Assembly (NCBI GenBank): GCA_051362555.1
Contig: CM120641.1
Location: 21,080,001-21,144,000 of the forward strand
Source of the DNA: Lingula anatina
Taxonomy: Eukaryota; Animalia; Brachiopoda
DNA length: 64,000 nucleotides
Direction: 5' to 3'
Positions 11,629 through 25,800 of this stretch are shown one piece after another; the stretch's first letter is position 1, and each line of letters begins with the position of its first letter. The translations under genes were made by a program, and so were the position numbers. The notes under the pieces were generated by a model, which made no database searches, was not told the origin of the DNA, and saw nothing but the letters and a program-made list of their open reading frames with translations.

Positions 11629-13263
11629 CAGACTGCATAGCCTACTGAAGCTGTATTTTAGTCCCATGTTTCTATCCTGTAAGTTTGAAAACAGTAAGTG
11701 ACATGATTTTCATTAAATGGTCATCATGGAAGCAGTGCCCAAAATGGGGGTTTCTTCAAATTTTGATGCAATATTACATAATGTTTAACAGCTTAATGAC
11801 CATCAATTTTTAATTATAAAATATTTGTATCACAGATATTCAGAAAATGTGACTAGCAAAGGTCTTCAGGCCCATGGAACTTCAAAGTCACGCCTTGATA
11901 ATGCCAAAATGTAAACAAGACAGCACTGTTCTGAAATGGGTTTATTTCCATTTTTAACACTTTTTTAACATAAAACAAAATAAACATTTTACTGCCATTT
12001 TTATATGTCCAACTAAGAAAATTGATGAGATGGGAAAAGTATGAATAGAACAGTGTTAAATGTCCAATTTCCTCCATTCTGAGATTCTGAACATAGTGGA
12101 TGATTGAATCTGACAAACTGCAATGATATGAGTTTATTTCCATTTTTGACACTTTATTACACAATACACAATAACAAGTTTACCATCATTTTTACATAAT
12201 CAATTAACAATGTTGTAAAGATGCAGGAAATATCAAACAAACACTTTTACGCATCTAATTAGTTCAATAATGAGACTGTTAACATGCCTAATAATTGAAT
12301 CTGAGGAAATGTGAAAAAACAGTATAACTTCTTAAGTAATGGCCCGATTATGCTTATTTTCGAACTCAACCTGCGTTTTAGTAAGATTGACCACTCCTGT
12401 GAGTATAATTACAATTGGCCAATCCGTTTTTCTTATATTGTGTTATCGGTGCTGCATATATGCTGAAAAAAGTGAAAAAACAGCATAAATTCCCTAAAAG
12501 TGACCCGATCATGCTGATTTTCGAACTTGACCTGCGTATTATGAATATTCATCAGTTCTGTAGGTTTCAAGTCAAAAGGTAAAATGGTTTTCCACTTATC
12601 GTGTTATCGGTGCTGCATACATGCTGAAAAAAGTGAAAAAACAGCATAAATTCCCTTAAAGTAACCCGATCATGCTGATTTTCGAACTTGACCTGCGTAT
12701 TATAAATATTCATCAGTTTTGTAAGTTTCAAGTCAAAAGGTAAAATGGTTTTCCACTTATCGTGTTATCGGTGCTGCATACATGCTGAAAAAAGTGAAAA
12801 AACTGCATAAATTCCCTAAAAGTAACCCGATCACGCGGATTTTCGAACTTGACCTGCGTATTATGAATATTCATCAGTTCTGTAAGTTTCAAGTCAAAAG
12901 GTAAAATGGTTTTCCACTTATCGTGTTATCGGTGCTGCATATATGCTGAAAAAAGTGAAAAATCAGCATAAATTCCCTAAAAGTAACCCGATCACGCGGA
13001 TTTTCGAACTTGACCTGCGTATTATGAATATTCATCAGTTCTGTAAGTTTCAAGTCAAAAGGTAAAATGGTTTTCCACTTATCGTGTTATCGGTGCTGCA
13101 TATATGCTGAAAAAAGTGAAAAATCAGCATAAATTCCCTAAAAGTGACCCGATCATGCTGATTTTCGAACTTGACCTGCGTATTATGAATATTCATCAGT
13201 TCTGCAAGTTTCAAGTCAAAAGGTAAAATGGTTTTCCACTTATCGTGTTATCGGTAAAAGTGC

Positions 13264-13304
<41 letters not shown>

Positions 13305-16300
13305 AGCGACGACGGCGACGGCGACGACAGACGCAGATGATGGCTATATGTACAGACACATCTGTGTCTGTACATAAAAAGGAAAAATATATCAGCACAC
13401 CCATAAAAATCCCTCCATAACACAGTCTTCTCACCTACAACATCCACATGTATGGTAGCATTGATGACACCCTGAGTGCTGCTGGTAGCAACACATGTAT
13501 ATGACCCAGCATCAGACTTCTTCACACCAGTGAATACCAGGGTGCCTCCCTCATCAAGGATGTGACTGGGGAAATTCCACATGTCCCCACTCTTCAGCCA
13601 TTTCACCACCAGCGTTCCTTCTCCCTCGGCTCTGCAGTGGATCTTAGCATTGGAACGGAGCTCTAGTTTGGTATTTATTGGCCTTGGTTTGAACTTTAGT
13701 TTTTCTACGAAAAAAAAAGAAGAAAGGTATTGAAATGTAAAACACAACTGTTATGATAAACATACTGTCCATCAATCTTAGGTGATTCAAAATAAATTGT
13801 TTTTAATCATCTGCGTAATTATGCCATTTTCCTCATAAATCATATTCTCACATCAGTTCCCCAGCCCATTAAAGTCTCATTATTTCCTTTTTATCAAACA
13901 GTTACATTCCATTAAATGTTTAAATCTTACATACGTATTTTACAAATGACACTTATCAACATTTAAATCATCAACTAAAATGCTTGAATTCCTCTCTTAT
14001 TTGACTTCCATATCAAAAAGACACAGTCACTTACTTCTCACAGTCAGTGGGGCTGGACTAGAGGTCACCACAGGGAAACCAGTGGTGTTAACACTGCAGG
14101 CATACTCTCCAGCATCAGAGAGGAACACATCACGCACTCGTAGCACACCAGTGGCCTGGTTCACTGAGAAACGACGATTCTGAAAATATTTTTTCAATGA
14201 TAATAATTGCAATAATTTTTTTTATTTATTTATTACAACCAAGAGTTAAAATACTGTCACATCATAACACTTTGTTTATGGCCCTACAGTTTGAGAAAGA
14301 AAAGCACAACTTTAAGATCCTGGCAGAATTCCTTTAACATGAGGAGAACCTGTCAAATTTAAAGGGAGTTTAAAATAGGACAGTAAAACTTAATGTGCCC
14401 CTCAAAATTGTTTCAAAATTAAATTATCCACAAAGCAGCTAATGAGGATTCAGAGGCGGAATTTCACAATTAGTTTCAGATTTTAAAGCACCTCTCTGTC
14501 AATCAAACTGATGATGGCTCCAACTTTAGGGAGAAAAAGCATCTGTGTTTGTATCCACAAATTCAATTGTTTATCCATTATAAAAACAGTGGAATATGCA
14601 AATAACTTGTTTACAAGCACAGAAATTTCTATCAGCACAACCTGTCAGCATTGCCTGACCACTGGCTATCACCAGTCTGGACCAGGACAGGGTGACTGAT
14701 AATGTCACAGAGAGTGACCAGAGTAACACCTTAACTTCTAACAACCCATGACATGGCTTGAAACACAATGCTGCATGAGAACCTAAAATTAACTCACATT
14801 TGTACATCATCCTTGGCAGTAACTGGCACCCTGATGTAGTCAGTTTCACAAAAGAACTTTAGCCCATAAATTGGTCAGAATTTCAAGACCAAGAACTTAG
14901 TCTACTTCAGTTCAAAAGAAATCTATAGTCATCTATTTAAAATACAGAAAGCATTGACCTAATACATCAATTAGCAATATTTCATTTAATTGAAGAATTA
15001 AGATTTATCTCGTGTGAAAGTATACTGGATTTTTTGGTCTTAAAGTTTAGAACAACTTTAGGGCTAAAGTTCCTTTGTGAAACAGGCACTAATAAAGGGA
15101 AGATGGAATGAGTGATAACCAGTTCCTCAAGGCAAGCATGTTCTATCCACCCTGGAGAGAGTTCTCTCACATGTGAAGCCAAAATTACAGTCCATGTTTT
15201 TTCCAATTCACAGTGTCATTGCTGAACTTTCAACACCTGTTCCTTACAAAAAGAAAACACTCCACCCAGTAAAACAACTATGGTCAACAAGCAAATATAC
15301 CCTTGGGGTATTTAAGTACAACCTCAAATAAAAGACAAACTAAAAGGGACCTTTTTTGATAGGCATCAGCTTCTGTTGCCTAAAGATGTGGTTAACACCT
15401 CTTCTTTTGAAACTCTTTAATTTATCTGACATATTTCTTTGGAACTTTAAACCATTTCCTGACAGGTGAGACTATCTGATCATTTTTCACTCAAAACAAC
15501 TACCGTTTTATCACAGCATTGTTCATATTATAAAGGGCTTTATTTTTTTGAGACAAAAAATGATGCTACACATCTCAATTAAAAATAATTAAGAAGCCAC
15601 TTAAAATATGGAAAAAATTTGGAGCAAGGCTGATACAACATCACACAAAAATTACCCTTCTCCTTCATTCTGGTTCTCAAAACACAGAACACAACTCTAC
15701 AAGAGAGAACTCTACCACCCTAGTTAGACACATCAATTGCTGTCCAGAAAGAAAAATCAGTTGCCGGAATTCAACAGCCATTACAAATCAGTGGTGCTTG
15801 CCACTTCACTTCATTTGGCCCTGTCAGTCAGTGAGAGGGCCTCGTTGTTATGCCAGCAGTGACAGGCAGACCAGGTTCTGCATTGCTCAGATGAGTGGAA
15901 GGCTAAAGGGCAGTCCCGCCAGAGAAATTTGTTGGTATGCTTTTCAGCTTTGGTTTCTTCTTGGAGGAATCTGTATCTGCCCTCTTTCTAATCTATTTTA
16001 TTCTTCCTTTTTCTTTCTGTTATCTTATCTGTTAGCATGACCAGAATCTTCTTGAAATATATTTAACAACTAGTTTTTTCTTCTCAATTTATAATTGAAG
16101 CAAAGTGCTACTAAGACTATTACCCAGCCACATCAGATATCCTTTCATATTTTCTCTTAAAATCAATAAAACTGGTGGTTGGTTTTATGAAACCTGTCAA
16201 CTTTTTCATTCTGAGTAATAAAACTGACTGGATTTTATCAACATTATTTTTTCACGCAATATTTGCTCAATAGCCTTAAAGATCAGTGACAGAGACAAAG

Positions 16301-19300
16301 TTAAATTGTTCCAAACTGGTTCTGACAGGCTGACGTGTGACACAGCAAATAACAACATTGTACACATGTTTTAGACAAATGTAATACGGCATGTCCATCA
16401 TGTCACAGCAAATAACAACATTGTACACGTGTTTTAGACAAATGTAATACGGCATGTCCATCATGTTAAAGTCACAGCACAGACCTGAGCTGAAAGCTAA
16501 ATGGACACTAAAATGCTCTTTAACTTAATTCATGCCTTAAATCTAGTGCCATGTGTTTAAAAAATCCTCTTTCTAAAAGTATTTTACTGCCACAAATGCA
16601 TGAATAGAAGAAAAATATGAGACCATAAACAAAAGCCTGTTTTTTAACATATCTTCTAGTCAACAACGAGGTGCACTTTCCAAACAAACAAATTTGACAA
16701 AAAGAACCGATAAACAACAGCAAAATTTGGAATACACGTCACTAATTTTTTTTCTAACATATCATTTCTTATGTTTTTATTTTTAATAAAAGATTTATTC
16801 CTATCCCCCTAAGGCTAATAAAATATATCTAAAAAATGAACATTTCAAAATGAAGTATGTTGTTTTAACATTTTCTTCACACACACACGTGCGCGCACGC
16901 ACACACGCACACACACAGAACAATATACTCAAAATGCCAAATAACCAAGTAAAAAAAAAATACACACCTGTCCCAACAACTCATTGTTTTTCATCCACCT
17001 GATCTGTGTGACAGGGTAGGGTGTTGCAGTCACACGGCATTCCATCACTGCTTCCTCGTCTTCTTCCACCCAGGTAGGACTTGGGCCTTTGATGATGGTG
17101 GGGGCAACTGTAAAAATGAAGTTTGTGAAAAGTCTAGATTGAACTAATAAGCCTGTTGTAGCTGATTTAATAAGGTCTGTTATAACTGGGGTGATCAGTG
17201 ATGGTTAGGGATATTGAATAGAGAACTGGGGCTGAAGTGACACTTTGACCAGCAATGATGGTAGTAGAGGCAACTGGAGAGAAGGTAGAAAAAGACTTAG
17301 TTAAACAATACAAAATGTTGATTTTGACTCTTGCAAAAAGAAGCACTCAATAAACACAGGATACACCCTCTCCAGGCCCGTAGCCAGCAATTTCAAAAGG
17401 GGGGTTCTTTTTCTGAAAAAGTGGACCTTTTTCCATAAAAACATCATGTGCCTAGGTCAAATTTTACCCAGAGTGGACCTTTTCCCAGCAAACGGGGCGG
17501 TTCTTTCGAACCCCCCGAACCCCCCCTGGCTACGGGCCTGCTCTCCAATCTATCCTGCACTCCTCAAAAATCAATAGGTTCTCAACTCTTAAACTGAGTA
17601 ATTTTCAAAATATTTTTGCTTGAATACAAATAAAAAAATTGTGTTATGTTCGGCATCTATTTATAACCTTGTAATCCAAACTCAAATTAAAGTGAAGATA
17701 AGTGTGAACAAACCACAAAAAAAAAAGGAAATGCACAGCGTGTTGGGACAAAACTTAATATTTAAGAGAAAACTCATGTCCAAAATAGAGGAGGTAGGGG
17801 TAAAATATGTAGTAAAATTTTTCAAACTTGTCTCAGCTTACTAATTGGTGAAAAAGAACATCAGAGTCCAAAGAACCTGAATAACCAACAAGACCAGTCA
17901 TTACATCCAGGTCATGCAACTTGGAACAGAAGACATTACAGAAAACTATGTGAACAGTCTCATTAGTCCTGGGTCTGAAGTCATTATCATAACTCAACTT
18001 ACTGAAGCTGCTGACAAGATACATGCACGGGATGTTGTTGACAAAGATAAATATAAGAGGGCAGACAAAAAGAAAAAGGTGAGGAATTTGCTGTCTTCTT
18101 TAACAGAGGGGGGACTTCTGAAATGTTTTTCTCATTAATTCTTTTTCTTTTTTTAGGTAACATGCGGTAACAAAGTGTCAACCAGTTGAATTTATATGTC
18201 ATATCCTTATCTTCTCCCAGCATCTCAGAAAAATTTGCTTCACAAATCCTAGGCTGTCTTCACATGGTTAGAACATGATTTATCACCATGGGTTTACCTC
18301 TGATAATGCCTCTGTACAACTACATTCTGCATGATATGTGATTTATCATAGAAAATTACTGCACATCTGCAAAGGTGATACAAAAGTTGAGAGTTCATGC
18401 AAAAAGACCAAAGGTGTTTCTCAGCATGACCTCATTCTGACAAGGTCTATCCTCAGGATTTTTTGATGTTGCCTTTTTTTCTAGGCGAGGCTGAAGGTTC
18501 ATCATTAGTTACGGACGATTACTGAAAGGAATCTATTAATTCAATTAAAATTTTTAGTTTTGATGGCAGACTTGAAAAACTAAGTCAAAATGCATAAAAT
18601 AATGTTCGATGTATCTCCAAATATAGGCCATACGTATCTACAACTGACTTGTATGAAAAACATTTACTCCGAGCTATTTTTTCTTTGAGAATCTGCACAA
18701 GTCCAACAGCCATGATCCAATGCTTTTCTATGGCATATGGTAAATTTGTAAGTTTTATGACTTGCCTAGAAAATTTATATACTAAACAGTGAGAATTTAA
18801 GACAATTTAAGCCAGTTAAAGATTTCAGAACTGTTGAGTGAAGAAAATAAACATTTCTCTCCCTGTGAATAAGTGAAGATTTATAAACTTACCAGAAACT
18901 ACAATCTGGACCTTCCTGGTCCTGTTGCCCGCCATATTACTAGCCACACAGGTGTAGTTGCCAGTGTCTTCTTTCTCTGTGTACGTAATGACCAGAGAAG
19001 TGTCTTCAATACGAACACGGCCACTGTTAGTTATGTATGTGTTGCTTGGATTCAGCCATCTATAAGATTAGTTACATTGTAAGTTTTAATTCCATAGGCA
19101 TTTAACAGTCATCCTGTTCATCTTACAGCATCTTATTAATATTCTATGATCTCCAGGCAAAATATGAAAAAAATCATACTGGTAAATTTTGAGATTCAAA
19201 GACTATTCAAAACTTGAAAATACATGTGTTTTATTTAAAAAAAACATACTGGTGAATGTGTAGTACCTTAAATGTCAAATTTTTAAACCCAAATAACTTT

Positions 19301-22300
19301 GCCTCTTTACTCAAATTCATGTTATAAACAAAAGCTTCAGTTTAAGTATACTGCAATTAAAATTTGGGCTTTCTGAAGAAGTTTAGATGCCCAATCTAGA
19401 AAGCTAAATCAAGAAGAAAAATTCAACTTAAACAAACTGAGCCCATTAAAATAAACAGTGCAATTACTAACAGTAACTTGTCTCCCAATCCTTTTTCTAA
19501 CCAAAATACATTTACCAACACGTATTTGCACACAAAGTACAAAAAAAAGAAATATCTAGATAAAATCCATATCCAAGCACATTTTATACAAACATTAACA
19601 AAGAAAAGATGTAAGGTTGTGAGGAATGGGGGAAAATAAGCCATAAATATTGCCTGGTGTCTTCAAGTAATTCTTCTATTTTACAAGACATCTGTTGGTA
19701 AACATATCCCAGTAATGAAGATAAAGTGTGGCAGTTGTTGTTCCTAGTCATGTCATGTTACAAGTGGTATACATTATGTTACAATGACAAATGTCTCCTT
19801 CCGTCTGACAGGTGTACAGTATAAATCTAAACAGAGCAGTAGCAGAATGAAAACACTGTTCTCCAAGTCATCATTCAAAACAGGCATTTTGTGTACAATT
19901 TTTTATTTTTCAATAAAACTGTTAGCTCACTTTCAAATATCATTTATATCACTTGTCAAAACAATTGACTTATACTAGATAAGCTGTTTTATTATGAAAG
20001 GTAGCCATTAAAACATTTTCAAATGCATAGTTGGGATAAACAGGTCCCAAATACTGCAATCTGTTTTCAATATTTACAATATGTGAAAAAAACTGCATTT
20101 CTGGGTGTTCTTACAGAGCAAAGACATGAGAGCCTGTCAAATCAACTTTCGCAAAAATCCATTCTTCATTTTGCAGGATTGCTGCAATTCAACTAAACAC
20201 CTCGACTAACTACCTCATACACCGAAAAGGTCAGTTTTTATCTGCAGAGCCATAGAAAAGGTTCCCCTCTGACAGTGACAAACTATACCACCCCAAGCAG
20301 CATAAAATAAGGAACGTTTCCAGCAACTTTTTGTTTTGCATTTCAGTCAGGGAAAAATACAGAGCAATAAAAGATCGGACACTGGTGCAAAAATTATTAC
20401 AAACTAGTACCTTAACTGAAAAGTCATTACAAATATGATGGTTGCAGAGTCATTATAACTCCTTTTAAGTTTAGTGGAAGTTTCAACTGGGCAGCTTGCA
20501 TATGCATATACATACACAGACACAGGACCTCCTCCAACAATACAAATACCTATTAAAATCAATGGAATGGACATGGCTCTTTAGACATGCACTTTCAATA
20601 ACAGATTTTTTTAGAGAGAGGAGATTGGGTAAATGCTTTAATTTTTGAAAAGGTATCAATAAGAGAGGTGTATTTCCAAACATATCAACTTCCATCTCAC
20701 CTCACTGTTGGAGCTGGGAACCCATTTGGGGGTAGACACAGTAACTCAAAACGTTCTCCTACAGGAACAACAGTGGCTCTACCGGCTGGAATACGGGGCT
20801 CAAATGACTTGGCAGTTAAGTCCTCCAGTGCTGAAAAGGAAAAACAAATTATCAATTAGTTTTGCCAAAAAATAAATACTGTTAGCATATCTGTCACCAG
20901 CTTCTTTGGTGTCAAACTTTGTTGGTTCTGTTGATGAAAAAAACAGTTTTTGGGGAGCTAGAAATGAAAATGATATGCAATTCCTGGGCTTTGAAGTGCT
21001 TTATGTGCATTCATGAGGGTGAAACAGAAGCTGAAAATCCTTTTATTAGCCTGTCTACACTGGATAGAAGCCATGAGGTGAAGCAACAGTGTAAAACAAG
21101 TGAAAGCAAAAAACAAATATGAATGCCTTTCATCGGCCTGTTCAATACCCCACATTATCATACATGTTTTTAGCCTTAAAACAGGACTTATTCATGATTA
21201 GGTCATTATTTCCATTCACTTGTTTACTGATCTGAACCAGCTGGCCCTTAAACAGACATAACATCACTTCAGGTGTTACTTTTGAACATGGGTACTCTTT
21301 AAACAAGCCAGAGCAGTAAAGGCTTCACAAATGTTCACATCTAAACAGTGCAGCATTAAGTAGTAGTAAACCATTTATACAACAACTCCTGGGATTTTTT
21401 TGCCTGCCTTTGATTTCATGCAGACATGTTCTTCATGTGTAACACTAAAAGCATGCATGATGCTGATGTTGGCTTTGCGTAAAATTTTATAAGCAAAGTT
21501 GAAGTCTTTGCTCAGGAAACTGAAAAAATGTGCACCATAAAAAAATTACAAAAATTTTAGGGCATAAGAAATAAATCCTGGACAAATTGCTGTTGGCTGA
21601 ATGCATCTGTCACCCAACTTAACCTTTTTCTGAAACTTATGTGTATATCAGTTTATTCTGCTAAACTTTTAGACATGGAAACGTGTTCTCATGAGAAACG
21701 GCAAAAACACTCAAGAACTTCCTGTTATGTTGGATCCTGGGGGAGATCAAAGAATTTGAGCAACACCATGATAAAACAGCGTTCTTGTATGTAAACCTTC
21801 CAACACAAATAAGCATTCACCACCCAATTAAATGTGCTTCATATGTAAACCACACATAACCAATAAATTTAAGTCATCAGTCAATACAGTAGCAAATCAG
21901 TAAATTTATTTCAAAATTTGATTAATCCAATGTTCTTGATGATCCATATATTAATGTCGCCTCTATCTTAATTATCTAATTTCAAACATTTTCTTTTCAT
22001 GTTTTTCTTGTAAATGAATTTGCACTAATTATCTAGAATCATGTGGTGATTTCTAGCCCTGGGTGAGGCTGGCTTCAGACCTGGCACTGTGAAGATGCTT
22101 ATGTGTTATACAAGCTGCTCCTGGCAAGGGTCCATAACTCCCACCAACATGAAACTAAATGAAAGCAAAAAAGATCCACTTAATTCTGCTTACTTCAAAG
22201 GCACCTTCTCCTAGTACTATCATCCTTGCAGGAAAAACATGAAAATTGCTGGCTGTCATGTTTATTTTGGTGTTTTTAGCTATGACACACTGCTTCGAGA

Positions 22301-22761
22301 TCTAAATAAACTCACTAACTGCGTTTCTGCTTTCTATCTCAGATGCCTACATTTGTCTGCTTCCCTGTGATTCTTATCATATCACCCTCAGTCTACAAAA
22401 ACTATTTTGTTCTGCCCAGTATTATTTTTTGTTCATACTTTCACAGATTAAAAAAAGAAACCTTTAAAGTGAAAAGTGGCTTTTGCAGATGCATCATGCA
22501 AGTCTAGGTACTTCCAATCTACAGGATGTCTGAATATGTCTGTTCCTTAATGCCAAAGAAAGTGAGATTTCTTACAGCCCCCATATTGAACAAAGCTGAA
22601 TAAACTAAATTTACAATGCTCAGTGAAATTTATCTCAAACCCAGTGAGGGAGATTAGACCAGACTTTACGTTCCAATTTCCTCCCATTTCTTTTGTTTTA
22701 TATCTGTTCAACAAATCTGCATGTGCGCAGGTGCATATGTATGTGTGTGATAGAGAGAGAG

Positions 22762-22815
<54 letters not shown>

Positions 22816-25800
22816 CAAGCTGCATCTGTGGGATACATTCATATCTGCCTGAAGTTGAGGTCTCACTTAAAACCACCTCCGATGAAAAAATAAGACATAT
22901 TTAACCAATAATCTTACATTATGTTTGTGTATGTTCTTCAGATAACAATGAAAATATACCCAAAGGGTATGTGAATGCCCAAAGAATTTTAAAAAAAACT
23001 ATTCTAACATGATTTGTTAGACAAGCAGACGCAGTATATCATAATCACTGCTCTGTTATGTTTCCCTGAGGTTTGTCACAGGAAACATAATGACGTCCTG
23101 TCATTTCATGTTGACATTCAAATCAATGCTGAATGTATTAAGATAGCCTGCTTATCAGAAATTTTCTGTTAATAATTGTGTGACACTGACTAAAAAGTAG
23201 ATATGAAGTTTAATGAGTACTTTATCCTTCATGTTTGAAAAGGATGACTATTTAAAGTGTGGTTTTCTATTTTTCATCCTTTAGTTATAATTTTTTATAT
23301 CTTGCTTCATCACAATTGACACCAAATCTAGCAATGGTAATGCACTTATTGATAAGTTTCATAATTAAAGCACCCATAATTAAAAGTTTAACAACATCAG
23401 AACATGTGGCAAAAACCTCCACCAAATCACATTAAAAATCCACATCAAATATCCCTTTGGCCATTAATGTGTGCTTTTTCAACAATAAACAACTTATCTA
23501 AAAGACAGCAATCTCCGGGGAAATATCCTGTAAATGAAGTTGGGCATATGGACTGTTTAGTCAATTACTCCAATTTGATTTTCATACTGAATAATTGCTT
23601 TATCTTCTTGTTTTCTGGGATAATTAGACAATGCAATTCCTTGTAAATGCGAGTCAGGCCAGCCATGAGAGCTGGATCAGTACTTGAGAAATTGGATTAA
23701 GTTGAGCGATACCTTTCCACGCCAGCTGTTGATCTATTATTATTATTATTATTATTATTAAAATTATTATTGTTACTTTCTTCATACATATAGGAATATA
23801 CCTAATGTTCTATTCTTACATTTTAATTATGTTGCTGGTGTCTTAATGTCACATATATCTGACATTTAGAAAATTAACTCAATAAACAGATTCTTCCAAA
23901 AATAATAAAGGAAAAGAAACAATTTAATTATGGTTTGGCTACACGACCATTGTTTAAGTTCATAACTGCCCACACATAATGAGAAATTCTTCACAGAGCT
24001 GAAAAAATATCTCAATTACAGCTGATAAGATTTCAATTTCAATCCTCTCTCTGTCATCCGTATGTCTCCCATAGTTCTCAATTAAAACTTCCCATTTATC
24101 AGCTCCCTCTTGTCACACCAAAGCTTATTCAGCAATGGAACAATATTACGGCTGTGAAGTGAAGATACATTTAATTCACATTTCACCAACTCCCATTATA
24201 CAATTCTTTGTCGTGGCTGCACAATGACTGGCTGTGACATTTGCTAGTGACACTAATATACTTTCATATTTCACTAATTCTTCTTACATAATCCTCCATT
24301 CTTGTTCTCTTTCAGCCAAAAGTTACAGCCATCAAACTATACAGGACTAATGCAATGATTATATACCACCAGCAAAGGTTTAATGATCAAATGATACAAG
24401 CCATTTGTAAAACTTATTCCACATTTTGTAAAACTTATTCCACATTTTGGACTTCACAGTGCCCAAATTCCCCAGTATGAGAGTGCCTGATTATCCAGGT
24501 AGAAAATAAGCCCACTTCCACCTAAATTAGGCATCTTATTAGTTAACTATTACCTAACTGCAGCAGATACCATTAGATCACTCTATTTAGTGCCTGCTGG
24601 GATAGCCCAAAGCCTTTAGATCAAGTTACGATTTAAACAGAGAGGGCCTTATGGTAAATGAAAATTGGAAAAACTTTTCTAAGGAGGAAGATATGTTAAA
24701 TCTGTGCCAACGATCAGCCAAATTTATTTCCCAGCTATTCTAGAAACACTCCAAAGCCATGATCCATGAAACATATTTATTTTGTGATTTTGCTGGAAAA
24801 TCCATTTATTATCCTTGATCTGTGATCTTTGGTTTTATTTTCCAGTATTCTTTGACCCCTCCCACCCACCCCATCTTTAACAAGATAATTAATCTGGTGC
24901 CCTGGAGTTTTACACCTCTTGCCTGGTTTTGAGTAATGTTATATTTACTGAGTCACACCATGCTGTCTCACTCTTTTTGTTGTGAACAGTATAACTGAAC
25001 CTATACAGGGTGGCCCAGTATACACATTCATGCACACTCAACTTAATTTTTGATGATCAATTTGTGTTGTTCTCAGTTCTTCCCCTGTTGACAGTATGAT
25101 CTGTATGACATAATTTTAGCATCCCTGTAGTCACTATTCAATCAGTAAAAAGTTGATTGCATAACCTCACACAGAAACCTGTCATGGTTCCAGCAAAGGC
25201 TAACACAATCAACTGTCCCTTTGCCATATAGCAATACATATATTCAATACTGTATTCTGAATGAGCCATAATACTTTTTCATCAAAGCTAGAAATTCTAC
25301 CAACTTTGTGATAAAAGTTTCTCTGAAGTCAAGATAGATCCTTGATCTTCTCTGTCTAAATAAAGCCATGTGTGCATCATATTAGAAATTATAACACCTT
25401 ACTGGAAATAATTTACAGGGCAGTTGATCCTTCAATCTCAATTATAGCTCCTTACCTGCCACTTTTAATTCTGAGGTAAATCTTTGGACTTTTCCTTGCT
25501 GGCTAATTCCCACACACTTGTATGTGCCTGCATCACGGCCCCTCACCATGTTGAAATATAGAGTTCCATTGCTGAATACAGTGATACTGGAAAACCAAGC
25601 AGTTGACTTTTTTGTAAGTTACCCAAAAGAACATGCATTTAAAATCTTTAAAAACATTCGTCTTACATTTGTCCAGAATGCCAAGGGGAATAAAATTTGT
25701 ATTTCACCAATTTTTCAATTTTCAGAAAAAAAACAGTTAAAACCCTGGCTGCCATGTTAAATTTTTTAGACAGGTAATCTCTACATGATTTAAAAACACA

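Noticed and set aside
12441-13255. Regular array resembling a CRISPR locus
   Set aside because: The units are whole 161-bp tandem monomers with no unique spacers, there are no cas genes, and the context is a eukaryotic intron.
13240-13434. Protamine-like poly-Arg ORF and Ser/Pro-rich extension of the Ig6 ORF
   Set aside because: Both come from the (CGGCGA)n microsatellite of the element; the real exon ends at the donor at 13435.
22547-22893. HTHTHT / CVCVCV ORFs (also 55115-55342)
   Set aside because: Translations of dinucleotide microsatellites.
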